Part shown: positions 1-8,889 of the stretch, piece after piece
Position numbering within the stretch: position 1 is the first letter of the stretch
Layout of the letters: the number at the start of each line of letters is the position of its first letter
IMG/VR virus record: IMGVR_UViG_3300011337_000014
Coordinates: 1 to 37,168 of that record
DNA: 37,168 bases
Origin: a virus
Taxonomy: Duplodnaviria > Caudoviricetes
Reading direction: 5' to 3' (one strand)
Notes under the pieces: generated by a model
Told to the model about the DNA's origin: nothing
Databases searched by the model: none
What the model saw: the letters and a program-made list of their open reading frames with translations, nothing else
Program-made: the position numbers and the translations under genes

Positions 1-2
1 AG

Positions 3-326
3 ATGGATCAGATGCACCAAATGATTACCAATGTCGGCAAGTCGATTGAGATGCAAGACATGAAGCGCAAAGACTACGAGGCCGAGATCAAGGCGTACCA
101 AGCCGAGACACAGCGCATTAGCACAGTCCAAGCCAGTATGTCACCAGAGCAGATTCAGGACATCGTGATGGGTACAATCCACGCAGCAATGGATTCTGGC
201 GATATTGTGAACGGATCACCAGAAGTGCGTGAACCCGCAGAAATGCCTGAGATGCCTAAGATGCCAATGGAACAACAAGGTATGGAGCAAATGCAACCAC
301 AAGGAATGCCAAATGAAATGCAATGA
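3..326 (+). CDS. Portal protein, C-terminal part (duplicate of the 3' end of 33074-35299)
   Basis: Near-identical to last 107 aa of the 741-aa portal ORF. Confidence 0.95.
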   Translation: MDQMHQMITNVGKSIEMQDMKRKDYEAEIKAYQAETQRISTVQASMSPEQIQDIVMGTIHAAMDSGDIVNGSPEVREPAEMPEMPKMPMEQQGMEQMQPQGMPNEMQ

Positions 327-675
327 TTTTATGGGAATGCTATTCCTAGCCCGTGATGTGACTCACAGTGTTCATCTGAACACCCGCAGTTACTCCAAGC
401 ACGTTGCGCTTAATATCTTCTATGACCGCATTGTTGGCGCTGCCGATGACTTTGCCGAGGCTTACCAAGGCAGACACGGTATGATTGGGCCAATTAGCCT
501 GATGTCTGCCAAGAAAACGACCAATGTGATCGAATTCTTGCAAGACCAGCTTGACGAGATCGAGAAGTGCAGATATGAGGTGGTTGACAAATCAGACTCA
601 TCGCTGCAACAATTGATTGACAACATTATTGAGATTTATCTTCGCACTTTGTACAAACTGCGCTTTTTGGCGTAA
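313..675 (+). CDS. Ferritin/Dps-like four-helix protein (DUF5856-like)
   Basis: Likely start MKCNDF at 313 overlapping portal stop; motif HSVHLNTRSYSKHVALNIFYD..DDFAEAYQG resembles Dps/ferritin-like metal-site helices. Confidence 0.7.
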   Translation: MKCNDFMGMLFLARDVTHSVHLNTRSYSKHVALNIFYDRIVGAADDFAEAYQGRHGMIGPISLMSAKKTTNVIEFLQDQLDEIEKCRYEVVDKSDSSLQQLIDNIIEIYLRTLYKLRFLA

Positions 676-684
676 AGGATCATC

Positions 685-987
685 ATGGAACTCTTAAACC
701 CTCTGGCAGACACTAATTTTCCAGCCAAGTCCATTTCTTACACTGGCACTGCTGGCGTAACTGGTGCTTGGCCTGCTGGCGCTCAAGGCGTGGTGGTTTG
801 GTCTGACCAAGCGTGCTATGTGTTGGTCGGCGAAGGTGTTACGGCTACAACAGCCAGCACACCCATCCCCCCATTTACACCGATTCCATTCAAAGTGCCT
901 ACCAGCGTTAGCGGTCAGTGGCGCGTGAGTGCGATCCAAGTGTCTACTGGCGGCACAATCTACTGCAAACCAATGAACTCACAATGA
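685..987 (+). CDS. Hypothetical virion-associated protein
   Basis: AAGGA RBS, beta-rich 100 aa, conserved mostly synonymously in second copy. Confidence 0.75.
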   Translation: MELLNPLADTNFPAKSISYTGTAGVTGAWPAGAQGVVVWSDQACYVLVGEGVTATTASTPIPPFTPIPFKVPTSVSGQWRVSAIQVSTGGTIYCKPMNSQ

Positions 988-1148
988 GTTACTTTGGCAT
1001 CCCTATTCGGAACGGTGTTGCCATCGGTATTGGCAACATTATTTCCCTTTTGTCGGGGTATGCCAGTGCAACGGTGCAGGGCAATCTTTTAACTGAGATC
1101 GGCGACAACCTCGTGCAAGAGGATGGCGGTCTAATTTTGTTGGAGTGA
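984..1148 (+). CDS. Small hypothetical protein (54 aa)
   Basis: ATGA overlap with upstream stop; C-terminal LLTExGDNLVQEDGGLILLE motif typical of fibre-associated phage proteins. Confidence 0.7.
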   Translation: MSYFGIPIRNGVAIGIGNIISLLSGYASATVQGNLLTEIGDNLVQEDGGLILLE

Positions 1149-1151
1149 TAA

Positions 1152-1613
1152 ATGGCTGATACAAAAATCTCTGCTCTACCGAGCGCAACCGTCCCACTAG
1201 CGGGTACTGAGGTACTGCCAATTGTGCAGGGCGGTGCAACCACCAAGGTAAGCGCCAACGGCCTGTTCAACAATCCAACAGTGACCAATTACACCGAGGC
1301 GGTTGTTGTCATTGGCACAGTGACCACTACAAACACTATTGCTTTGACCACTGGCACGGTGCAGACTGCAACCCTGACAGCATCCACAGCTTGCACATTT
1401 ACGATGCCTACCGCTACGGCTGGTAAGTCCTTTGTACTGCTACTTAAACAGGCAGCAACCACAGGTAACGGCACAGCAACATTTACGGGTGTAAAGTTTA
1501 ATTCTGCTGGCGCACCAACAATTACTGCAACCGCTGGCAAGATGGACATTTTGACCTTTATTGCTGACGGCACAAACTGGTACGGTTCTGCCTCTCAAGG
1601 GTACACACCATAA
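1152..1613 (+). CDS. Putative fibre/structural protein
   Basis: GGAG RBS; MADTKISALPSAT N-terminus; Thr-rich beta domain. Confidence 0.7.
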   Translation: MADTKISALPSATVPLAGTEVLPIVQGGATTKVSANGLFNNPTVTNYTEAVVVIGTVTTTNTIALTTGTVQTATLTASTACTFTMPTATAGKSFVLLLKQAATTGNGTATFTGVKFNSAGAPTITATAGKMDILTFIADGTNWYGSASQGYTP

Positions 1614-2473
1614 TGTTTGCCGCTAAAAACTTCTTGTTGGCGGGCGGCGGGCCTCTGCCAACTCCGACAGTTGAATACCTTGTTGTCGCTGGTGGCGGCG
1701 GTGGTGGTTCTGGACAAAGTGCAATTGCTGGTGGTGGTGGTGGCGCAGGTGGTTTTTTAACTGCAACTGCCTTTGCAGTTGCATCTGGTTCAGCCATAAC
1801 AGTAACGGTTGGCGCAGGAGGCACAGGCGCAACCGATACAACTCCCAATTCCAACACAAACGGCTCAAATTCTGTATTTAGCACAATCACTTCAACAGGT
1901 GGTGGTTTTGGTGGAACAACTGGAACAGTTACTGGACAAAATGGTGGCTCTGGTGGCGGTGGCTCGGCTAGTTTTTCCGGTGGAACTGGCGTAAGTGGTC
2001 AAGGAAATGCGGGAGGCGTTGGTCAACCATCAGCAGTTTCTTATGGTGGAGGTGGTGGCGGTGCAAGTGCGGCTGGTACAAATGGTTCAAACGCAGTAGG
2101 TGGAACTGGCGGCGCTGGAACAGCATCCTCTATTACAGGCTCAAGCGTAACTTATGCTGGTGGTGGTGGTGGTGGACTAGAAGCCCCCGGAACTCAAGGT
2201 GCTGGAGGTGCTGGAGGTGGTGGTACTGGCAATAATGGCGCGGGTACAAACGGTACAAGTGGAACTGCTAACCTTGGTGGTGGCGGCGGCGGTGCTGGCA
2301 AGTCAACTGGCGGTGCGGCAGTTAATGGTGGCAACGGCGGTTCGGGTGTCGTAATCATTCGCTATGTTGATTCCTACCCTGCTGCAACAGCAACCACAGG
2401 ATCACCCACAATCACGGTTGCTGGTGGCTACCGTGTCTATCAATGGACTGGCTCAGGGAGTATCACATTCTGA
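1613..2473 (+). CDS. Glycine-rich fibre-like protein
   Basis: VEYLVVAGGGGGG ... GGNGGSGVVIIRY glycine-rich domain. Confidence 0.8.
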   Translation: MFAAKNFLLAGGGPLPTPTVEYLVVAGGGGGGSGQSAIAGGGGGAGGFLTATAFAVASGSAITVTVGAGGTGATDTTPNSNTNGSNSVFSTITSTGGGFGGTTGTVTGQNGGSGGGGSASFSGGTGVSGQGNAGGVGQPSAVSYGGGGGGASAAGTNGSNAVGGTGGAGTASSITGSSVTYAGGGGGGLEAPGTQGAGGAGGGGTGNNGAGTNGTSGTANLGGGGGGAGKSTGGAAVNGGNGGSGVVIIRYVDSYPAATATTGSPTITVAGGYRVYQWTGSGSITF

Positions 2474-2817
2474 TGGCACACTTTGCACAACTTAATTCTG
2501 AAAATGTTGTAGACCAAGTTGTCGTTGTTAACAACGATGACGCGCCCGATGAGGCATCTGGTATTGCATTTTTGAATAGCTTATTTGGTAACGGCACTTG
2601 GGTGCAGACCAGCTATAACGGCAACATCCGTAAAAATTACGCTGGTGTTGGTTACACTTATGATTTAGGCCGTGATGCGTTTATTGCACCACAGCCATAC
2701 CCAAGTTGGGTATTGAACGAAAACACTTGTCTTTGGGATTCCCCAGTACCAATGCCCACGGATGGGGATTATTCTTGGGATGAATCAACAACATCTTGGG
2801 TTAGGGCTAGTGCATAA
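2473..2817 (+). CDS. Companion of glycine-rich protein (MAHFA-type)
   Basis: TGATG overlap; MAHFAQL, WVQTSYN, RKNYAGVGYTYD, FIAPQPYPSW motifs usually found next to Gly-rich phage genes. Confidence 0.75.
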   Translation: MAHFAQLNSENVVDQVVVVNNDDAPDEASGIAFLNSLFGNGTWVQTSYNGNIRKNYAGVGYTYDLGRDAFIAPQPYPSWVLNENTCLWDSPVPMPTDGDYSWDESTTSWVRASA

Positions 2818-2849
2818 CCCGAATATCTGATATATTTGTAAAAACCGTA

Positions 2850-2881
2850 CCAGCGAGGTTCACTGGGGAATCGAAGGATTC
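2850..2881 (+). promoter_or_regulatory. Tandem hairpins in scaffold leader, second one occluding the SD
   Basis: CCAGCGA-ggt-TCACTGG and GAATC-gaag-GATTC immediately before ATG 2888. Confidence 0.45.
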
Positions 2882-2887
2882 ATTGAA

Positions 2888-3664
2888 ATGACTGAAGAAG
2901 TCCAAAACCTAGCGGAAGTTGACTCCGTGCCAACACCAAGTGAGACGGCCTCACCGGAAGTTGTAGAAGTTACGCCGGAGACACCAGAGGTAGTCAGCAA
3001 GACATTCTCGCAAGAGGAACTTGATGCTGCAATTGGTAAGCGCCTCGCAAGAGAGCAACGTAAATGGGAACGAGAGCAAGCAAATCGCCAAGCGGAAACG
3101 CAGGTGATGAAAGCTGCACCAACGGCAACCGTTGACCAGTTTGAAAGCCCCGAAGCCTATGCGGAAGCATTGGCCTACTCAAAGGCTGAAGAATTGATCG
3201 CTAGACGAGAAGCCGCCAAGCAGCAATCGCAGGTTCTTGAAAGTTATCACGAGCGTGAGGAAGAAGCGCGGAGCAAATACGAGGACTTTGAACAAGTTGC
3301 GTATAACCCCAAGCTGACAATCACAAATGTGATGGCAGAGACGATCCAATCTTCGGATGTTGGCCCCGACTTAGCCTATTGGCTTGGGACTAACCCCAAA
3401 GAAGCAGACCGTATTTCCAGAATGTCGCCACTCAGTCAGGCAAAGGAAATCGGAAAGATTGAGGCTAAATTAGCTTCTGACCCTCCGGTGAAAAGATCAA
3501 CGTCTGCGCCAGCACCTATTTCGCCAGTTAATGCCCGATCCTCTGGATCACCAGCACTTGACACTACCGACCCACGCTCTATCAAGAGCATGACAACCTC
3601 GGAGTGGATTGCGGCTGACAGGGCAAGACAGATGAAAAAGTGGCAGTCACAGGCTAACCGCTAA
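2888..3664 (+). CDS. Capsid scaffolding protein
   Basis: Acidic N-terminus, TFSQEELDAAIGKRLAREQRK coiled coil, directly upstream of coat gene. Confidence 0.85.
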   Translation: MTEEVQNLAEVDSVPTPSETASPEVVEVTPETPEVVSKTFSQEELDAAIGKRLAREQRKWEREQANRQAETQVMKAAPTATVDQFESPEAYAEALAYSKAEELIARREAAKQQSQVLESYHEREEEARSKYEDFEQVAYNPKLTITNVMAETIQSSDVGPDLAYWLGTNPKEADRISRMSPLSQAKEIGKIEAKLASDPPVKRSTSAPAPISPVNARSSGSPALDTTDPRSIKSMTTSEWIAADRARQMKKWQSQANR

Positions 3665-3684
3665 CTTTTTTAAGGACTTTTAAA

Positions 3685-4896
3685 ATGTCAAACAGTATCC
3701 TAACGATCGACATGATCACCCGCAAGGCTCTCGAAATTCTTGAGAACAACCTTGTTTTGACCCGCAATGTAAACCGCCAGTACGATGACAGCTTTGCTGT
3801 TGAAGGTGCAAAGATCGGTTCAACCCTGCGTATCCGTTTACCCGACCGTGCTTTGGTCACTGACGGTGCTGCCTTGCAAGTGCAAGACGACAACGAACAG
3901 TTCACCACATTGTCTGTAAACAACCAAAAGCACATTGGTGTTAACTTCACATCTGCTGAATTGACCATGCAATTGGATGACTTCGCAGAGCGTGTTCTCA
4001 AGCCTCGTATCAGCCAATTGGCATCTTCTATTGATGCTGACGTTGCTAATGCGTACAAAACCATTGGTAACACCGTTGGAACACCCGGCACTACTCCTTC
4101 GACTTCTTTGGTCTTGTTGCAAGCCCAACAGAAATTGAACGAGAACGCTGCTGTGATGTCCCCACGTTACGCAACCGTAAACCCTGCTGCTAACGCTGGC
4201 TTGGTTGAAGGCATGAAGGGTCTGTTTAATCCAACAGATACCGTTAGCCGTCAATTCAAGAACGGCATGATGGGCGCTGGCGTATTGGGCTTTGATGAAG
4301 TCAATATGTCTCAGTCTATCAAGCAACACACTACTGGTTCACGCAGCGCAACTGCTTCTACATTGGTTAAGACCCCCGGCGTTACTTCCGAAGGTTCTTC
4401 AACCATTCTGTTGGAGCAAGGTTCTGTGTCAACAACAATCAATGCTGGTGACGTGTTCACTATCAGTGGTTGCAATGCTGTTAACCCACAGACCCGTGAA
4501 ACCACTGGTTCATTGTTCCAGTTCGTAGCTTTGACTACCGTTGCTGCCTCATCTGGCACTTGGACTGTGACCGTTGCTCCTATGTACTCTGCAAATACTG
4601 CTTTGGCTACTATGGATGTCTTGCCTGCAACTGGCGGCACTGTAACCTTTGTTGGTACTGCTTCTACTGCATACGCACAGAACTTGGTCTATCACAAAGA
4701 TGCGATCACTTTTGCTACTGCTGACTTGTTGCTGCCTCAAGGCGTTGACATGGCTTCTCGTGCGGTTCATAACGGTATCAGCTTGCGTGTTGTGCGCCAG
4801 TACGATATTAACAATGACCGTATGCCTTGCCGTATTGACGTACTGTATGGCTTTAGCACCATCCGTCCACAGATGGCTTGCCGTATCTGGGGCTAA
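3685..4896 (+). CDS. Major capsid protein, P22 gp5-like
   Basis: 403 aa; MSNSILTIDMITRKAL..RQYDDSF..CRIDVLYG P22-coat-family motifs. Confidence 0.92.
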   Translation: MSNSILTIDMITRKALEILENNLVLTRNVNRQYDDSFAVEGAKIGSTLRIRLPDRALVTDGAALQVQDDNEQFTTLSVNNQKHIGVNFTSAELTMQLDDFAERVLKPRISQLASSIDADVANAYKTIGNTVGTPGTTPSTSLVLLQAQQKLNENAAVMSPRYATVNPAANAGLVEGMKGLFNPTDTVSRQFKNGMMGAGVLGFDEVNMSQSIKQHTTGSRSATASTLVKTPGVTSEGSSTILLEQGSVSTTINAGDVFTISGCNAVNPQTRETTGSLFQFVALTTVAASSGTWTVTVAPMYSANTALATMDVLPATGGTVTFVGTASTAYAQNLVYHKDAITFATADLLLPQGVDMASRAVHNGISLRVVRQYDINNDRMPCRIDVLYGFSTIRPQMACRIWG

Positions 4897-4898
4897 AC

Positions 4899-4922
4899 AA
4901 ATGGGGCTTCGGCCCCGTTTTT
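4899..4922 (+). terminator. Rho-independent terminator after coat gene
   Basis: ATGGGGC-TTCG-GCCCCGT followed by T run. Confidence 0.85.
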
Positions 4923-4951
4923 CGTATTAACATTTTTAAGGATTAAATATC

Positions 4952-5347
4952 ATGGCTCTCCCTAATGGCGCAGGCGGTTACCAACTCGGTGACGGCAATC
5001 TAACAGAGATTATTCTTGGCACTCAACCAGCACCCACAGCTAAAACAGCGGCAGCTACTTTGACTGCTGCTGAATTGGCTACCGGTATCATTACTTACAC
5101 AGGCGCAGCCGTTGCTTTGACTGTACCTGCTGGTGCTGATTTGGATGCTGCTTTCTCTAGCATGAAAGTAAACAGCTCGTTTGACTTTGTGATTATTAAC
5201 ACAGACGCAAGTGATGCTGCTACTGTTACTGCTAACACTGGTTGCACCTTGGTTGGTGTTGCTGCTGTAAACGCTGTGACATCCGCAATGTGGCGTGTTC
5301 GTAAGACCGCTGATGCCACATACGTTTTCTACCGTATTGCTGGTTAA
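4952..5347 (+). CDS. Putative capsid decoration/minor head protein
   Basis: AAGGA RBS, Ala/Thr-rich, downstream of coat gene. Confidence 0.65.
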   Translation: MALPNGAGGYQLGDGNLTEIILGTQPAPTAKTAAATLTAAELATGIITYTGAAVALTVPAGADLDAAFSSMKVNSSFDFVIINTDASDAATVTANTGCTLVGVAAVNAVTSAMWRVRKTADATYVFYRIAG

Positions 5348-5353
5348 TCCCAA

Positions 5354-5373
5354 GCCCCCACTTCGGTGGGGGC
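5354..5373 (+). promoter_or_regulatory. C(UUCG)G hairpin without U tract
   Basis: GCCCCCAC-TTCG-GTGGGGGC perfect 8-bp stem. Confidence 0.7.
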
Positions 5374-5392
5374 ATCATTAAAGGACTAAATC

Positions 5393-5866
5393 ATGGCAAA
5401 TTCAAAACCCGTTGGCGTTGCGTATTCTGATCCAGAACTTGTTGCTGGGACTACGATTACTGGCGCTACCATCAGTGGTTCTACTATCAGTGGTGCTACC
5501 ATCAGTGGTTCTACTTCGACAACTGCCACAGTTAGCGGCACGTTTACTGGCCCTATTCGCCTTCCTGTTGCCGCTGTTGCGGCGGCTGGCAGTAATCAAG
5601 GCGATGCTGCTGCACTAGCCGAAGGTATCAATGTCGTTTCGGCGGCAGATGGCACTAAAGGCGTGATTTTGCCCACAGCGGTAGCTGGTATGGTAATTAT
5701 TGTTAAAAACACCGCTGCTGGTGCGCTGAAGATTTATCCCGCCACTGGTGGGGCAATCAATGCAGTCGCGGCTAATGGTGCGTATAGCATTACAAACGTT
5801 ACCAGTTCGTTGTTGGTGGCATCTTCCACCACCCAGTGGTATTCTGTTCCATTGGTAGCATCCTAA
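5393..5866 (+). CDS. Putative decoration/structural protein with pentapeptide repeats
   Basis: KPVGVAYSD N-terminus; G[AS]TI[ST] repeats encoded by 15-bp period DNA repeat (~5450-5515). Confidence 0.65.
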   Translation: MANSKPVGVAYSDPELVAGTTITGATISGSTISGATISGSTSTTATVSGTFTGPIRLPVAAVAAAGSNQGDAAALAEGINVVSAADGTKGVILPTAVAGMVIIVKNTAAGALKIYPATGGAINAVAANGAYSITNVTSSLLVASSTTQWYSVPLVAS

Positions 5867-5868
5867 AT

Positions 5869-5894
5869 AAAAGGGGGCTAATCACCCCCTTTTT
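5869..5894. terminator. Probable (bidirectional-type) intrinsic terminator
   Basis: AAAAGGGGG-ctaatca-CCCCCTTTTT. Confidence 0.7.
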
Positions 5895-5897
5895 ACT

Positions 5898-6104
5898 ATG
5901 AACATTTATCTTTCTCATCCCGTCCACGGACGCAAAGTTGCCACTATGGAACTTGAAGCTGTTTACGATGAAACAAACGGCTGGACACGGTATACTCTGG
6001 ATACGCCCTCGGAATCCGAAGATGCGGCCCCTGTGAATGCACTGGGAACAAAGCGCAAATATGTTCGCAAAGTAGAAACTGAGACTGCAACCGAAGGGGT
6101 TTAA
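5898..6104 (+). CDS. Hypothetical protein
   Basis: 68-aa ORF filling gap between head genes. Confidence 0.7.
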   Translation: MNIYLSHPVHGRKVATMELEAVYDETNGWTRYTLDTPSESEDAAPVNALGTKRKYVRKVETETATEGV

Positions 6105-6106
6105 TT

Positions 6107-6820
6107 ATGGCTACCACCGCTGGCGATCAAATCAATCGGGCGCTTCGGCTGCTCGGCGTGCTTGCCGAAGGTGAAACGCCATCCGCAGCAACATCGCAAG
6201 ATGGACTGACTGCGCTAAACCAAATGATTGACTCGTGGAATACAGAACGTCTGTCTGTATTCAGCACGCAAGATCAAATCTTCACATGGCCTGCGGGTCA
6301 GATTACTCGCACACTTGGCCCAAGTGGTGACTTCATTGGCAACCGCCCAGTCTTGTTTGACGATGCCACTTACTACCGTGACCCCGGCACAAATGTGTCT
6401 TTTGGCATCAAGTTTATCAATCAGCAGCAGTACGATGGCATTGCTGTTAAGACTGTAACTTCCACGTACCCGCAGGTCATTTTTGTCAACATGACCTACC
6501 CTGACGCTACGATGACGGTGTACCCCAAGCCCACACGGGACTTGGAGTGGCACTTCATTTCGGTTAATGAACTGAGCAACCCTGCCGTACTGACAACCAA
6601 TCTGACATTCCCACCGGGCTACCTGCGTGCGTTTGTCTACAACTTGGCAATGGAGATCGCACCTGAGTTTGGTGTTGAACCCAGCCCCCAAGTGACCCGT
6701 ATTGCCATGACTAGCAAGCGCAACTTGAAACGCATCAACAATCCTGATGACATCATGTCTATGCCTTACTCTCTCATAGCAACTCGTCAACGCTTCAACG
6801 TCTATGCGGGTAACTACTAA
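6107..6820 (+). CDS. Head-to-tail adaptor, P22 gp4-like
   Basis: TAGDQINRALRLLGVLAEGETP..DGLTALNQMIDSW resembles gp4 N-terminus; synteny. Confidence 0.8.
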   Translation: MATTAGDQINRALRLLGVLAEGETPSAATSQDGLTALNQMIDSWNTERLSVFSTQDQIFTWPAGQITRTLGPSGDFIGNRPVLFDDATYYRDPGTNVSFGIKFINQQQYDGIAVKTVTSTYPQVIFVNMTYPDATMTVYPKPTRDLEWHFISVNELSNPAVLTTNLTFPPGYLRAFVYNLAMEIAPEFGVEPSPQVTRIAMTSKRNLKRINNPDDIMSMPYSLIATRQRFNVYAGNY

Positions 6821-8268
6821 TGCAAACACCGATTCTGGGCGCGTCTTATGTCGCACGCAGTGTCAATGCTGCGGATAACCGACTTGTCAATCTTTTTCCA
6901 GAGGCTACCGCCGATGGGGGCAAGACTGCGGGATTCTTTAACCGTGCGCCGGGACTCAAGTTCCAGCAAACCATAGGTACTGGCCCAATTCGGGCGCTGT
7001 GGGCGCACCAGACCAACGGCAGCGACTTCTATGTCGTATCGGGTACTCAGTTCTACAAAGTCACTGGATTGACCGCTACACCCACTTTGTTGGGTACGGT
7101 GACTGGAACTGGCCCAGTGTCCATTGCTGACAATGGCACACAAATCTTTTTGGCTTGCAATCCTGACGGGTTTATCTACAACGAAGTTACCAACGTATTT
7201 GCCAAGATTACCGACCCTGACTTTCCGGGTGCTGTGACCGTGGGTTATTTGGATGGGTACTTTGTGTTTAATGAACCCAACAGCCAAAAGGTGTGGGTAA
7301 CTGAATTGCTTGACGGCAGTTCGGTTGACCCTCTCGACTTTGCGTCTGCTGAAGGCTCACCCGATGGATTGGTTGCCATTAACGTAGACCACCGCGAGGC
7401 TTGGCTGTTTGGTACTGATTCAATTGAAGTCTGGTATGACGCTGGACTGGCTGACTTCCCTTTAACGCGCATCCAAGGGGCTTTTAACGAAATTGGATGT
7501 GTAGCTGCATTCTCCATCGCAAAGCTGGACAATGCCCTATTCTGGCTCGGCACGGATGCCCGTGGGCAGGGAATCGTTTATCGCGCCAACGGCTATACAG
7601 GTGTTAGGGTTTCTACCCATGCCATTGAGTACGCTATCGCACAGTACGGCAACCTTTCGGATGCTGTGGCCTACACCTACCAGCAAGAAGGCCATGCCTT
7701 TTATGTGCTGACATTCCCCACTGGTAATGCCACTTGGGTCTACGATGTGTCTACTCAGGCTTGGCATGAACGTGCTGGCTGGAACACTAGCCTTGGTCAA
7801 TTCACTCGCCACCGTAGCAACTGCCAATGTAATTTTGGCGGCAACACGGTAGTTGGCGATTTTGAGAACGGCAACATCTACACCCTTGATCTTGAAGTTT
7901 ACGCTGACAATGGTGGCATCCAAAAGTGGCTGCGGTCATGGAGAGCATTGCCAACAGGCACAAATAACCTCAAGCGCACAGCGCAGCACAGCTTGCAACT
8001 CGATTGTGAATCAGGTACTGGCTTGGTCACAGGCCAAGGCAGCGACCCTGAGATCATGCTGCGCTTTTCTGACGATGGTGGTCACACATGGTCTAACGAG
8101 CATCTGAGCAAAATGGGCAAGATCGGCGAGTATTACCGCCGTGTCTTTTGGCGCAGGCTGGGCATGACCCTTAAGCTGCGTGACCGTGTTTACGAAATAT
8201 CGCAGACTGACCCAGTTAAGGCGGTCATCATGGGTGCTGAAGTAATCATTAGTCCCACCAACGCATAA
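6820..8268 (+). CDS. Tail hub / DNA stabilization protein, P22 gp10-like
   Basis: 482 aa beta-propeller-like; FASAEGSPDGL and LRFSDDGGHTWSNE motifs; synteny. Confidence 0.88.
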   Translation: MQTPILGASYVARSVNAADNRLVNLFPEATADGGKTAGFFNRAPGLKFQQTIGTGPIRALWAHQTNGSDFYVVSGTQFYKVTGLTATPTLLGTVTGTGPVSIADNGTQIFLACNPDGFIYNEVTNVFAKITDPDFPGAVTVGYLDGYFVFNEPNSQKVWVTELLDGSSVDPLDFASAEGSPDGLVAINVDHREAWLFGTDSIEVWYDAGLADFPLTRIQGAFNEIGCVAAFSIAKLDNALFWLGTDARGQGIVYRANGYTGVRVSTHAIEYAIAQYGNLSDAVAYTYQQEGHAFYVLTFPTGNATWVYDVSTQAWHERAGWNTSLGQFTRHRSNCQCNFGGNTVVGDFENGNIYTLDLEVYADNGGIQKWLRSWRALPTGTNNLKRTAQHSLQLDCESGTGLVTGQGSDPEIMLRFSDDGGHTWSNEHLSKMGKIGEYYRRVFWRRLGMTLKLRDRVYEISQTDPVKAVIMGAEVIISPTNA

Positions 8269-8885
8269 TGGCTACAACGCCCAATATTACCCAGATCACG
8301 GCCCCCCGTGTTCCGCTGATTGATCAAAGGTCAGGGTTGATGTCGCGGGAGTGGTATCGGTTTTTTTATAACCAATATGTGATTACTGGTGATGGGACTG
8401 GCGTTACCGCAGCTATCAATGGTGGCACTGGCATCTCGTCCTATTTGGTGGGCGACTTGCTGTATGCCAACACCACAACGACATTGGCAAAACTTCATCC
8501 GGGTTCTGCTGGTCAGGTGCTTGTCACCAATGGCCCCAGTGCTGCACCATCTTGGGCAACCTCAACAGGGACAGCCCCAGTCACCAAGACTGCGGACTTT
8601 ACCCTAGCGGACACTGATTCTTGGGTAATCAACAACAAGTCAGGCTCGACCTGCACCGTCACCTTACCAGCGCCATCTGCCTACATTGGGAGACAGGTTG
8701 TGTTTAAGAATATGCAACCACAGCTTTTGGTGTCAGCTTCAAGTAATGTTGTGCCAATTGACAGCACATCGGCTGGAACGGCGATTCTTTTGGATGTTGT
8801 GGGAAACTCGGCGACAATGGTGTCTGATGGCTCAAACTGGGTCATCATGCAAGCCTCGTCTAACAACAACCTGCTTTTGGAATAA
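8268..8885 (+). CDS. Putative tail needle (gp26 position)
   Basis: Synteny after gp10-like gene; SREWYRFF N-terminal motif plus beta-rich tip. Confidence 0.55.
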   Translation: MATTPNITQITAPRVPLIDQRSGLMSREWYRFFYNQYVITGDGTGVTAAINGGTGISSYLVGDLLYANTTTTLAKLHPGSAGQVLVTNGPSAAPSWATSTGTAPVTKTADFTLADTDSWVINNKSGSTCTVTLPAPSAYIGRQVVFKNMQPQLLVSASSNVVPIDSTSAGTAILLDVVGNSATMVSDGSNWVIMQASSNNNLLLE

Positions 8886-8889
8886 TCTG

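Larger units (their letters stand above)
1..1598. repeat. Terminal overlap, copy 1 (HNH-less allele)
   Basis: Matches 34974-37168 at offset 34973 before the HNH gene and 35570 after it; mostly synonymous SNPs between copies. Confidence 0.97.

Noticed and set aside
240-270. 9-bp repeats in the portal 3' end
   Set aside because: Simply encode the low-complexity EMP tail
7564-7571. KOPS motif GGGCAGGG supporting the dif site
   Set aside because: Only one copy noticed, within coding sequence; expected by chance
3654-7923. Long minus-strand ORFs opposite structural genes
   Set aside because: Antisense shadows of biased codon usage; no RBS or protein motifs
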